Of a stretch of DNA of 64,000 nucleotides, positions 25,372 to 37,321 are shown piece after piece. A program made the translations under genes and the position numbers. Each line of letters starts with the position of its first letter. The first letter of the stretch is position 1. The notes under the pieces are model-generated. The model made no database searches. It saw nothing but the letters and a program-made list of their open reading frames with translations, and was not told the DNA's origin. The DNA comes from Glaucostegus cemiculus (taxonomy: Eukaryota), in the NCBI GenBank assembly GCA_976551045.1, contig CDPCPM010000062.1, positions 4,650,001-4,714,000 on the forward strand, given 5' to 3'.

Positions 25372-25470
25372 TTATTGGATGTGTGCATTGCTGGCAAGAA
25401 CAGAATTTATTGCCCATCCATAATTGCCTTTGATTATATGTGGTGAGCCACTTTCCTCAACCACTGCAAA
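25372..25470 (-). mobile_element. degenerate LINE 3'-end fragment in the HoxA3 intron
   Basis: gctggcaagaacagaatttattgcccatccataattgccttt...gtggtgagcc resembles the repeat start at ~47440 and the reverse complement of the SINE tail at ~54995. Confidence 0.6.
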
Positions 25471-25831
25471 TTATATGTAACCTAGTGCTTTTTAAAAAAA
25501 TAACCACTCAATAGCTTGAAATAACATGCTACGTTAGAAACTATGGTGACATAAGCAAGCATATTTCTAGTAGGGGGGCAAAGACACTTCAAGTTGGTTT
25601 GTTGGCATTTTTTGTAAAATAGATCAGGTGTAAGAAATCAGTTTTCATTTCTAAACATAACCAAATGTTATGATTAGTTATGTATGTCTTCAGTAACACT
25701 GCATTAATATCATGTATCATGGTTTTCAAAGGTCAATTTTACCGATTTTATGATGTAACTTCTTTAAAATATGTTAGGTATATATTATAACCCTTACTGA
25801 TGTACTTAATGGTTGTTCTCTTCATTTATAG

Positions 25832-26604
25832 TTGAAAGTTCTGCTGGTGAAAAAAGCCCTCCTGGCCCAGCTTCCAAGAGGGCACGCACAGCATACACCA
25901 GTGCCCAGCTGGTGGAACTGGAGAAGGAGTTTCACTTTAATCGCTACCTTTGCAGGCCCCGGAGGGTTGAAATGGCCAATTTGTTAAACCTCACTGAAAG
26001 ACAAATCAAAATCTGGTTCCAGAACCGTCGAATGAAATACAAAAAAGATCAGAAAGCAAAAGGCATGCTAACTTCTTCCGGAGGACAGTCACCATGCAGA
26101 AGTCCCATCCCACCTTCAGCTGCAGGAGGATATGCAAACTCGATGCATTCCTTGGCAACCAGTGGTCCATATGATCCTCACTCACCTACTTCCTTCAGCA
26201 AACCTCATCAAAATGCATATGCTATTCCTACATCTTATCCTGGGCCTCTCAACAATTGCCCACCTCCACAGAAGAGGTATGCTGGGACAGCGGCTGTGAC
26301 ACCTGAATATGAAACACATCCTCTTCAAGGCAATGGTGGTTATGGGACTCCTCATTTACAGGGTAGCCCAGTGTACGTTGGGGGGAACTTTGTAGAATCA
26401 ATGCCAAGCTCTGGGCCTTCTCTTTTCAGCTTAACCCACCTTGGCCACCCTCCCTCTGGAAACATGGACTATAATGGTGGAGGGCCAATGACCAGCAACC
26501 ATCATCATGGACCTTGTGACCCACATCCCACATACACAGACCTTTCTTCACACCATCCGTCTCAGGGAAGAATTCAGGAAGCACCCAAACTGACCCATCT
26601 GTAA
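25832..26604 (+). CDS. HOXA3: Homeobox protein HoxA3, coding exon 2 (homeodomain)
   Basis: acceptor tttatag|TT; [61 protein letters not shown]; C-terminal [13 protein letters not shown]; 409 aa spliced. Confidence 0.97.
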
Positions 26605-26884
26605 TGGACAGTTGGCTCCTGGTGTACTATCACTTTCTTATGCATTTATGTCATCTTACCTATGATTACATTCCTCCTTTCACCCTTTCTCCTTTTTTGA
26701 TTTAGTATCAATCTTTATAGTTTACATGTAATGGTGTTTCTATAGACAACCAATCCTTGCTTGTATTGCTCTGTCTCTGGTTAGTGGTTGTTCTTTTCAT
26801 GGACTCCAGCCTTAGTATTCAGTAGTAGAAGTGAAGTACTAAGGCTTCCAGAACTTTGCATATATAATCTTCTACTCTTATGGA

Positions 26885-27032
26885 ACAGGGTATATGAACA
26901 AATTTTCTAAAAAAATTACCTAAACGTGAATTTGTTCGTGCTTTATTTTTCCTTATGAGGAACAGTAAAATGGTTTATATTGCACTTCTTTACATTGAAT
27001 GGTTAAACAAGATCGATGCGCTTGTACAGGGT
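26885..27032 (+). promoter_or_regulatory. two miR-10 seed matches in the HoxA3 3' UTR
   Basis: ACAGGGTA (26885-26892, 8mer) and ACAGGGT (27026-27032, 7mer-m8), upstream of AATAAA at ~27300 and ~27468. Confidence 0.75.
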
Positions 27033-29514
27033 CTCCCTGGGCAAATAAGAGTTCTTGTCCATCTTTCAGTATGTGTGTATGCTGGTGAACATTCAAATTT
27101 ATTTATTTGCTCTTTCAAAGGAGAATAATCTAAGTGTTTAAAATATTATTTATCCCCATTGACACATATTTATAAAGAGAACTGTACATTAACTATTTAC
27201 TTGGTTATGTTCAGCCTTGTGTTTTAAGTCATGGTAAATATATGTTTTTTTTTAAATTCCTGTAAGATACACAGAAAAGTAGTTTTCTGTTCATAATGTA
27301 ATAAAGAAAAGCAATTTGGTCAATTGTGGGAATAATGCCAAGAAAACAGAATTTAGTCTGTAACTGTAGTATTCTTAAAATGAAACATAAAATTGCCACA
27401 ATTTTGTTTTAGATATGCATTCCATGCTGCAAATGAGATATCCGTTGAACTGAAGCTAGTTCTGAAGAATAAATTTTTTTTTTGTTCAGCAATATTGTGT
27501 TGCTTGGAATGTTAAAACTCTGCTAAAATATATGCACTATTTTCATTCGGAAATGTTTGTAAAAACGTAAACCAGTTCAGCAGTACACAGTAAAACACAC
27601 AGCCCTGTAGTCAGGTTTCCTTTGTGTTGTGTGACTACAACCAAGTGCTTCAACCCCCACACTGTAACATCATCCATTTTCATGTGGCTTGCATCTGCCT
27701 CCAATGCTGCATTTATTGAAGCTCAAGAAGGAAGGGACTCGTTTTATTTTCTTATGTAGGAAATGAAAAGCTGTACAAGGATGTAGTATTGGATTAATTT
27801 TCTTTAATTATTACTCATAGTTTGATCATGACAAATACATAGTACATATAAAAGGTACAGGTAGTACACCACTCAAAAATATTTCACCATCCAGGAGAAG
27901 CACCGCTATTGTTGCCTCGTTTGTCTTCCAATGTATAATACACGTGCTGAGAGGAGAGAAAAAGAGAAAATGTCAGGATTCTAAAAATAGTTGGGTCTCA
28001 TGTTTTCAGACTACTATCTGGTTTAGAAGCATTACTGGATTAGATTTTAAACTATAGCTGATGAATATAAAAAATCCATATGTAAGCCGATTCTAAATAA
28101 TGAAGCCAAATCAGTCATGTATTCAGGTTGAGACCTTTTAACGCCTACGGTTCAACATACAAAAAGATGCGAACGAACCTTTTTTTAAACAATGTTGGCG
28201 TCGTATTTTAAAATGCCCTTTCATTTTCAAAGTAAATGAACTCATCACTTACTATTTCACCTATAAGCAATTGCACGTAAACCATAAAATGTCATGTAAA
28301 TTATATTCAGCAATTCAATATTTACAACGTTTAATATTCTGATGATTTTTTTCCTTCCCATTGCACATTTCCCGCGTCAACCAAAAGAACGGAAAAATTA
28401 AAAGTATCCTGATAGACTTTCTAATTGTCAGATAGTTGCTTAAAATTCCCGTTATGCAGCACATTAACTTTCAAAAAAGGCAATTTTAATGTTAGGCATG
28501 CATTAATTAACTACATAAAGTTAAGATCTATCCGACTACCTCTCTAAATATATTTGTGTGCAGCATATAGACTGAAATATGGCTTTGGAGAACCTATTAC
28601 CGCACTGCAAATTTTCCAGTGTGTTTCTCAAATTGTGGAAGAAGCACGAAAAGGAAAGCTTACACTTGGTGTGCAATATTTTTAATAAAATGAATTAATT
28701 TCCATCTGACAGAGCCTGAGCGCCAAGAAAGGAGACGCCATGTTGTCGGCATCCTCTCTGTCGGTGCTTCCCAAAGGACATGTTGTCTAATTTATCTTCC
28801 TATCCAAAATACATGGGAGACTTTCTTTACTCAAGTAGCGGTACTTTAAATGTGATACAATTAAAGTGCAGATCATGAGACTGAGGTGTAACGTGGGCTG
28901 CATTGCTCCAGCACGAGTTTCGTGAATTCAGATTGAACGAAATTACTGCGGGTAACCTTAGAAGAAGCCCCAACTTTTTTTTTTTCCCGCGCATAGTAGT
29001 TAAAAATAACGTATTTTAACGAGAGCACCCTTTAGACGTGATCCGAAAGACTGCTGTAATTTTGTACAATTATATAGTAAGATCTCATTCACTTGATTAT
29101 GAAAGGTTAAATCGCAACGAAACAGTGCCTATAAACATTATTTTAACTCAATATTTATTACCTCTGAAGTGAAATTTCAAACTTTCAATTTTGAATTAAT
29201 TTAAGTGTTCAGAATGCTTTAAAGGCACAAAACCAAATCACTATTCCCGGAACACAATAATGATTTACCCAGAACATAGTGACGTTTTAACTAGCGTTTG
29301 CTTATATGTAGATACATCCAGAATATGGCATGTATGTTTTTTTCAGTATATTTGGCTTGTAGTACTGAACTATTATCCCAGCATATCTATCCTGTTGCTA
29401 AATTTTACAAGTGGCAAATGTATTCATAAAATCAATATTTCCGTATCTTAAAATACATTACTTTCTGTTTCATTCCATTTGGTGTTGCTAACAAATTGAA
29501 TAAATGGGCTTTGC

Positions 29515-30070
29515 TTTCGCCCACATATCCTTGCAACAGAGACTCTGAAAATCTGCAGAACGCCAACACCTACTCACATTTCACATACAAAAGCTCCATT
29601 TAATTGCAAAAAGCCCTTTTCATTTGTAGGCTAACACTAAAATCCTCGTTCCAAATTTGAAAGAGGGAAAGTTAGTGTTAATGATTAAATTCTTTTTTTG
29701 TAACGAACTCACCCACTGGCGTAATAATACGGTTGCGCTGATTATGCTATGAAGATAAATAAAATATTCTCTGCAACAATTTTAAGCACCAGACAGGGTT
29801 CTCACACTCTTGATGATATTCGACATTGCGGCGAGAAGCTTTAAATGTGTTCTTGGGGGCCAGAAGCTGTCAGACCTTTAGCCGAACAAGATTGATAGCG
29901 CACATACTTCCTTACAGCTTTGTTTGCGGTATAAGCGAAACGGAGGCCTAGCAAGCCACCACCATTTCCATCTTGCTCGTTCCAATAAATTCCCAGCACC
30001 CTTGAATTCCTCGTTCGCGAAAGAAAATATTTCGAAATGCTGGTATATTTATAAAATACTGCGTGGGCAT
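29515..30070 (+). promoter_or_regulatory. HoxA2 r3/r5 (Krox20) and neural crest enhancer region
   Basis: Krox20-like CGCCCAC, CACCCAC and GCGTGGGC motifs and the block agctgtcagacctttagccgaacaagattgatagcgc, 1.2-1.8 kb upstream of HoxA2. Confidence 0.6.
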
Positions 30071-30719
30071 AACGAATATAAGTGTATCGTGACTTAGCTT
30101 TCATCCCCTCCCCCGCCCCTATCACCACACCCGCCCTTAACAATTTAGATGAAAGTAGAACTAATTTTTTAAAAGATAATTTAAATATGTTCTTGAAAAC
30201 AAGCTATCAGCTTACCTCTTCAGCTATACTACGAAAAGTCGCGTTCAACTAAAACTGTTTCGTTGTATAACATAATATATATACACATCTTTATCAATTA
30301 TTCTATCTATTCATCTGTTTCTCTATTCGTGCGAGTTTATCTGTGTGAATGCTTGAGTGTATATGTGTGTCAGTGTCTTTGCGAATGTTTTAAATGCAGT
30401 AACCTATTATCACGAAGAGCTAATCCTTAGATGTTACAGATTTCACAAAATAAGATAATACAGTACCTTCAGTAATATGCCGTTTACGTTTTTCGTTGGC
30501 CATATACAAACGGCTATAAAAAAACATGTAATGTAGTATCCAGAATCACCACCATAGTCGATGTCCTGCGTGAAATATTGCCTCCATACAGCACAAAAAT
30601 CAAAGAATATCCGGTACAGTACAAATATAATAATAGGGGAACCGAACTCCCAACGAAAGCATGGAAGCAAATGGCTGTAGCTTCGCCTTGTGTAACTTCT
30701 TATGTGGCTGGGTTCTGGG

Positions 30720-30805
30720 GTCCAATGTCAAAACTTTGAAGATTAATGGATTACTTTGTTAATGACTCTAGGCGTCAGATTTAGGTGCAAGATGATTTGT
30801 GAGGT
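30720..30805 (+). promoter_or_regulatory. conserved non-coding element upstream of HoxA2
   Basis: ctttgaagattaatggattactttgttaatgactc...gatttaggtgc, a Hox/Pbx-like block I recognise from vertebrate Hoxa2 upstream regions. Confidence 0.6.
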
Positions 30806-30865
30806 GCAAGTCGTCTTCGTGACAGTCGGTAACACACAGAGAAAGAGGAGCCAGCAAGTGTGCAG

Positions 30866-30906
30866 GAGACAGAGAGAGAGCGAGAGAGAGAGAGAGAGAG
30901 AGAGAA
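30866..30906. repeat. (GA)n microsatellite
   Basis: directly visible. Confidence 0.9.
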
Positions 30907-31089
30907 AGAAACAAACAAGGCTGTGTGATTTCCACGCGCTTTAAAACTGAAATCTTTTACACATTTATTATGGGAAGATGGATCAAAAAGTAGAAATCAA
31001 AACACTGCTGGCCCAGAATGAGGCGTTCCTCTCTGACTTTTTGGATCAATCACATAGACAGTGCCTTCTTTTGATTAAACCCCAAATTG

Positions 31090-31220
31090 TCATTGGGCAG
31101 ACGCAATCATGTGACAGCGAATTCGGTCCAATTTCAACCTTGTCTCCATGAATTCAATAGTTTAATAGTAGCACGGTCCCCATACGGCTGTAATCAGTGA
31201 ATTAGAAAAAAACAGCAGCG
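31090..31220 (+). promoter_or_regulatory. HoxA2 promoter and highly conserved 5' leader
   Basis: ATTGG..CATGTG..CCAAT followed by ccttgtctccatgaattcaatagtttaatagtagcacggtccccatacggctgtaatcagtgaattag. Confidence 0.75.
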
Positions 31221-31296
31221 ATATTTATTTTTTTTAAACGGCCCAAAAAAATAACTAACACCTAACTTTCTCCCCCTACGTTCTGTGGAGACGGCA

Positions 31297-31648
31297 ATGA
31301 ATTACGAATTTGAACGAGAAATTGGTTTTATCAATAGTCAGCCGTCGCTTGCTGAGTGCCTGACATCTTTTCCCCCTGTCGGTGATACATTTCAAAGTTC
31401 ATCAATCAAGAACTCGACGCTTTCACACTCGACAGTGATTCCTCCTCCTTTTGAGCAAACCATCCCTAGCCTGAATCCCAGCAGTCACCCTCGCCAAAGC
31501 CGGCCAAAACAGAGCCCAAATGGTACAAGTCCTTTACCAGCCGCGACTCTACCTCCGGAATACCCCTGGATGAAAGAGAAAAAAAACTCCAAGAAGAATC
31601 ACCTGCCCGCTTCTTCTGGACCTGCAGAATCCTGTCTTTCCCAAAAAG
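31297..31648 (+). CDS. HOXA2: Homeobox protein HoxA2, coding exon 1
   Basis: [37 protein letters not shown] hexapeptide; donor G|GTCAG at 31649. Confidence 0.97.
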
Positions 31649-31787
31649 GTCAGCTCAAAGACGTTTCATTTCTAATTATTGTCTTAACTTAGTCTAACTT
31701 ATTTGCATGGAGTGTTTAATCAGTTTTATTTTGGCTGCTAGGTAATAATTATGAAATCGAAGTACTTTCGCCTACTTATTTAATGGA

Positions 31788-31885
31788 GAATGATTTATTT
31801 GGTGAGCTAGTCAGAAAATGACCTTCTGTGCTCTCCCCATCCCAGAGTTTTTATATTTGACAGTAATGAAGAGTGATAGATGAGC
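31788..31885 (+). promoter_or_regulatory. HoxA2 intronic r4 enhancer (Pbx/Hox + Prep/Meis sites)
   Basis: TGATTTAT (31791), TGACAG (31858), TGATAGAT (31874). Confidence 0.7.
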
Positions 31886-32162
31886 GCACTTTCATGGTAA
31901 AGCAGCTGATACAGAGATCACCAAATGTGCAAAGGCTGTTGCGAACTTTGCTGTAAGATTGGGGCTACTGCACACGTGGATTTTACAATATCTTTAATAT
32001 TGTAGAAAGAGACAGACGCCACAGCCGCAGACTCTGAAACAATGGATTTACTGCATTCAGGCGGCCATTTTGTTGCAGTGGATAGTCTATTTTTTATATT
32101 ATTTTGGTTCAAGTCGTTATAATTCTGTTTTATGATTGTTTTTCGCGTCCATTTATTTGTAG

Positions 32163-32902
32163 AAACTCATGAAATTCCGGATAATACAGGCGGGGGATCG
32201 CGGAGGTTAAGGACAGCTTATACAAACACACAGCTTTTGGAGCTGGAGAAAGAATTTCACTTCAACAAGTATCTGTGTCGACCTAGGCGGGTGGAGATTG
32301 CAGCCTTGCTTGACTTGACTGAAAGACAAGTGAAAGTGTGGTTTCAAAACAGACGAATGAAGCACAAAAGACAGACCCAATGCAAAGAAAACCAAAACGG
32401 AGATGGTAAATTTAAGAATTTGGAGGACAGTGGGCAGACTGAAGATGACGAAGAGAAGTCACTCTTTGAGCAAGGCATCAACAATGTTACTGGCGCTCTC
32501 TTGGATAGGGAAGGGTATACTTTTCAAACCAATGCACTGACTCAACAGCAGGCCCAGAATTTACACAATGGAGAATCCCAAAGTTTCCCAGTTTCGCCTT
32601 TACCCAGCAATGAGAAAAATCTAAAACATTTTCATCAACAGTCACCCACTGTTCAAAACTGCCTGTCAACAATGGCCCAGAACTGTGCAGCTGGCCTGAA
32701 CAATGACAGTCCAGAGGCCCTTGATGTTCCTTCTTTACAGGATTTTAATGTGTTTTCTACAGAATCCTGCTTACAGCTTTCAGATGGAGTATCGCCTAGT
32801 TTACCAGGGTCCCTGGACAGCCCTGTGGATCTTTCTGCTGACAGTTTTGACTTTTTTACGGATACTCTAACCACAATCGATTTGCAGCATTTGAACTACT
32901 AA
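32163..32902 (+). CDS. HOXA2: Homeobox protein HoxA2, coding exon 2 (homeodomain)
   Basis: acceptor tttgtag|AA; [60 protein letters not shown]; C-terminal [10 protein letters not shown]; 363 aa spliced. Confidence 0.97.
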
Positions 32903-34349
32903 CTGAACAGTCGCTGTAAGCAAAATATGCCTTCTTTTAAAGTCGTTTCCTTTCCTTTCAAATGGTCAGTATTTTTTCCTTCCATTTTAATTAACTTGAA
33001 TGTGTTGAGGACCACCTATAATTGCAAAGATCAGTCATTTATCGTTGGACTTACCCTCATATTTCACAACTTGCTATTCGGCAATACATTGGTCTACGTG
33101 AAAAGTATTTCATAGATATTGACCAATCGTTACTGTTACCTCTTTTACTTTTGTATTATTTTAGGGTGCATTGCCATTAATAATTTGATAGAGTAAAGTA
33201 TTATACGCTACAGGTAGCCACCCTGAAGCATTTTCTCTCTCAGGACTATTTACACTTAATAAATATTCTTTGTTTTCTTTTTGACATAAATTCATTAATG
33301 AACTCGAAGTGCCTGGTCAGTCTCGTTCTTTACTTCTTAACAGTATTGCAAAAGAAGAAAATAATCCAGTATCTTTATTGTAAGCCTCAGCAGGAAGAAT
33401 AAAACTGTGGTTGAAAATTTATCGAAACTGTGATACAGAGCCAGGGACTAGGGAAATCTAATAACGTAACGTTTATTAAATCAGAGAAAACATTAGCACT
33501 TTCATAAACTGTACACAAGAAAACAGGCGGACACACATGGAAATCACAACATTTCGCAGAAATAAAATCTTCTTAAGTTCACACCATGGAAACATCAGCC
33601 ACCTCTCTGAAAATCTAGGAAAGAAGGGAAAAAAGTTTAAGTGTCCATGGCCATGTGCACTTGTTATCAAACAACGCTCTTTATTTATTGATGTCAGTAG
33701 CTAATCTTTAGCGCCGATTCCACTATCCCTTATCTCGCTTGCTGCCAATCATCATCAGTAATATAGATTCCCATATGTTTTACTATCCCATGCGCGATTA
33801 ACTTGGTATTTAAAAAGGATCTTAAGGATTCATAATATTGCCACGGCGTTTACCATTTTTAATTTTTTTCAACCATCGCTCTTATCCAAACACAATTTTA
33901 TTCCATTTAAAAGGATGAGCTTTGAGACAGTGTCGGTGCAGTACTTAAAGTCTATTCAGCACAAATGTTTACTTTGTTATATAATTCATTTTGATAAAAG
34001 TCTGCAGTAAATATCATCTGATTTTTGACCACGTTTTATAAAAGGCAGCACATATTCTCGTTCGTCTTCACATTTGTATTTGTCTCAATAAAACAACAGC
34101 TGTGAGAATGCATCCTCATTGTGCACTGGGATTTATAGGCAACCATTCTTTTTTTTGCTTTAACCTTCTTACAACAATCCCTTACCCCCACCCCCATCCC
34201 ATGCCCGTCCCCGAAGAATTTGCTGTATTTCTTATTTCGTTTCAACAGAAACTTTGAGTGCGAGCGGCGATGCACAGCGCTCGTGTTTCCGTCTCAAGCA
34301 CGTTGGGCGTTTGCATAAACAGTGACGGGAACGGATCTGGAGGTAATAC

Positions 34350-34412
34350 TTCCCAGTCTCATAAATCAACCCTCTTTTATGAATGAGAATGTCATCAAAT
34401 GGATCAATCGCA
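34350..34412. promoter_or_regulatory. candidate Hox/Pbx-type element between HoxA2 and HoxA1
   Basis: CATAAATCA (reverse TGATTTATG), TTTATGA, TGTCA and ATCAAT clustered within 60 bp. Confidence 0.5.
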
Positions 34413-34969
34413 GTAGCACATAAAAAAAAGTCATCTTACGTATTTGGCCGGTCGGGGGATCCCCTGTCAGTTTCTAAGTTGTAGGCGTTGAGTCGTAATT
34501 CATTTTCACAGTGCACGGCACTTTCTACCGCGGTTGCTGACACTCACTTCGAATTTGAACAAACTACTTAAGGATTTACAGCGACGCTACTGTTACTCTG
34601 GTGTTCCAATTGTTTAATCATTAAGCAGGGAAATGACGGAAATGGATTTTTATTGCATACTATTACTGGCATTGTGTCCAAGCATGTTTCCTTTGCTTGA
34701 TCAGGCTACTGTATTCTGTCCATAGGGAAGACAATAGTTCTCGCTACTAAAAGCAAACCGCACGGGCAAACCGTGACACATTGTCAATAACATGTCGCTA
34801 TGAAACAAGTCTTTACACGACATAATGGGCAAGCTACCAGAAGATGTGTTGCTTTCTGTAAAAGTATAACGAGAGAAGCGCGCCCAGTTATTCCGAACTA
34901 TGGGGTCTCTTGCCACGCTCAAAGGCGTAGCGTTAAGTCAATTACATTGAAATCAAAAAGTCGGCCTTG

Positions 34970-35116
34970 NNNNNNNNNNNNNNNNNNNNNNNNNNNNNNN
35001 NNNNNNNNNNNNNNNNNNNNNNNNNNNNNNNNNNNNNNNNNNNNNNNNNNNNNNNNNNNNNNNNNNNNNNNNNNNNNNNNNNNNNNNNNNNNNNNNNNNN
35101 NNNNNNNNNNNNNNNN
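34970..35116. other. assembly gap (N run)
   Basis: run of N. Confidence 1.
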
Positions 35117-37179
35117 GTGGGAGACTACTCACTGGGTCCTCAGGAAATCTGCACCAGGAGATTCTTTTCGGGGCAGGGAATAATTATATTTCTTTGCAAA
35201 ATTCAACATGTACATAAGCCGTTATTACATTACCTCCCCCCTTAAATCCACCTACCCCCAATTCTTCAGTAGGCAGCAGCTTCTGCACTGATTGTTTCAG
35301 ACCAAGGGAATAAAAATGGCGGAGCTGCTTGTTACAGTAAAGCTTTTCATTTGTTTCAACTTACTGGCACATGGAAGGCGGATAAAATCCATTAATTGTG
35401 GTTTTTAATTGCAGCATATTATATGAGGGGAAAGAATACATTTTTAAGGAATAAAGGAGGGGAAAGAGTGTATTTTAAGATAAATCGACAAAACCTACTA
35501 TTGCAATCAGTTAAAAGGATATTTTGATAAACTTGGAAACAAAGTATCTCGTGTTTTCTTGGGTAAATTACAATTAATTTCGGCGTTCTTTTGCCTACTC
35601 GATATAAAGCAGCCTTTGTTCCAGTAAGTTTTTAAGCACTTAAGTTTAAAGTGGAGCTTTATTGAAGTCAGTCGATAGACTGCAGAGTGATTTTTTTTTA
35701 CAAGCATTGGATATAAGTTCCTTAGTTTAGGAGTGTATGTTGTGAGACAATTTTCATCATACTTTTTTTTTCATTATATAACGCACATTCATTATATTAA
35801 AACATACACAGGCCGCAATAGCAAGGACCAGCTCATTTGCCACAGCAAAGTAAATATTATAAATGTGTATTTGGTTGATTTGAATATTTTCTAATGCCTA
35901 AAGGAACATATCATCTCATTGTTGTCAATCTACATGCTGATGCTCAAAAGCTAAAAATGTCCCGAAATGGCCTCGATTTTCCACTTTCTGCCGTCATTCC
36001 ACAATTCTACAGTGGGATTAGAATCCACCGTTTGACATAATTAATTATTCCGAGTAAATTATTGTCTGTAAACCTGATCCACGTCAGTCTGTAATGCGCA
36101 TAAGATTGATCTCAAATCATGACCGACCCTCTCTGGTCGGAGAGGACTCTACAGGAAGCTGACAGATGGGCGGCAGCGCCTTCGAATCGACCGCGTTTGG
36201 CTGCATTATGCTACGGCCAAGTGGAGTTATTATTCATAACTGTGTGTTTAAAAAAAAAAGTACACTCTGATTCCCGCAGCAACCAGAATAAATAGGCAGT
36301 CTGCCAATATAAGGAAGCTCCTCTGGCTGCCTGTAATCCTATAGCGAGGGGGATGCTCCCAGCAGCCCGTGTTCGATAGAAAAGGGCTGCTCATTTCCAT
36401 GCCAATAGCCGGAAAGCTGCGGATAGACACAGGCCAGGCCTTGATAGGCTGCGGTGACATTCGTGCTCAGCGAAGACATGGCGCCTCCTTTTACAAGCGG
36501 ACGCCACATCACACACAGCTTAGTTACAAATATCTACATCATAAACCCTTCGGTCCAATTAATCATTTCGCTCTCTGCTTTGAGGACGTCTTTACGTCGC
36601 ACGGATTAGCATTCGAGGGCAGAATCAGTCAATAATAAATGTGCTCAGGCTACTCGAACTGCATCAGTTACCTGTATTTTCTTTCATTAAAGTGCACGAA
36701 CTCGTCTATCACATAATAGGTTTTACACAGACTTTCCCGACCTGAGATCGCCGAGCTGTGCCTCAATACAAACAAAAATTGTCGTTCACCCACAATGCTG
36801 CAGCTGGGACACTGGACAGAAACATCTAAATCCCGTAGATCATTATCTTCCTGAAAGATTTTTAGATCCTAAGTGTTAATATTAGCATCGAGCTGCTTTC
36901 CTTACCTGTTAGCGAGGCTGCTGGGTGGAAAGAAAACGGATATCTCCCCATTGTAGACGTGCGATCGCCGCGTTACACTAATGCCATTGCAGAGCCAAGC
37001 ACAACAGTACGTGCATCTTGAGTAAATTCCTGCTGCATTCTGCCGGGCATGCTTTGAAGTAAAATGCATTTGTGGGCTAATAATGCTCGCAACCTTGATG
37101 GAAGAGCGTTTGTAATTTAAATGCCACTACAGTGATCGATCACCGCCAAGAACATGCAAACTTCGCAGCGAACCTCGCG

Positions 37180-37205
37180 ATTGGCTGATTGGAGTCACGT
37201 GGCGG
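37180..37205 (+). promoter_or_regulatory. HoxA1 promoter: double inverted CCAAT + E-box
   Basis: ATTGGctgATTGGagtCACGTG ~130 bp upstream of the ATG. Confidence 0.75.
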
Positions 37206-37321
37206 CACTTCACTGTATATTGATATCATTTTCTTTCAGCTCTATTGAGGAAGTGGGGAAGTTGGCACAGTCCATCCAGGTTGTTGGACAGTCACTTTAT
37301 ATGCTTGTTACCCCATGACAG

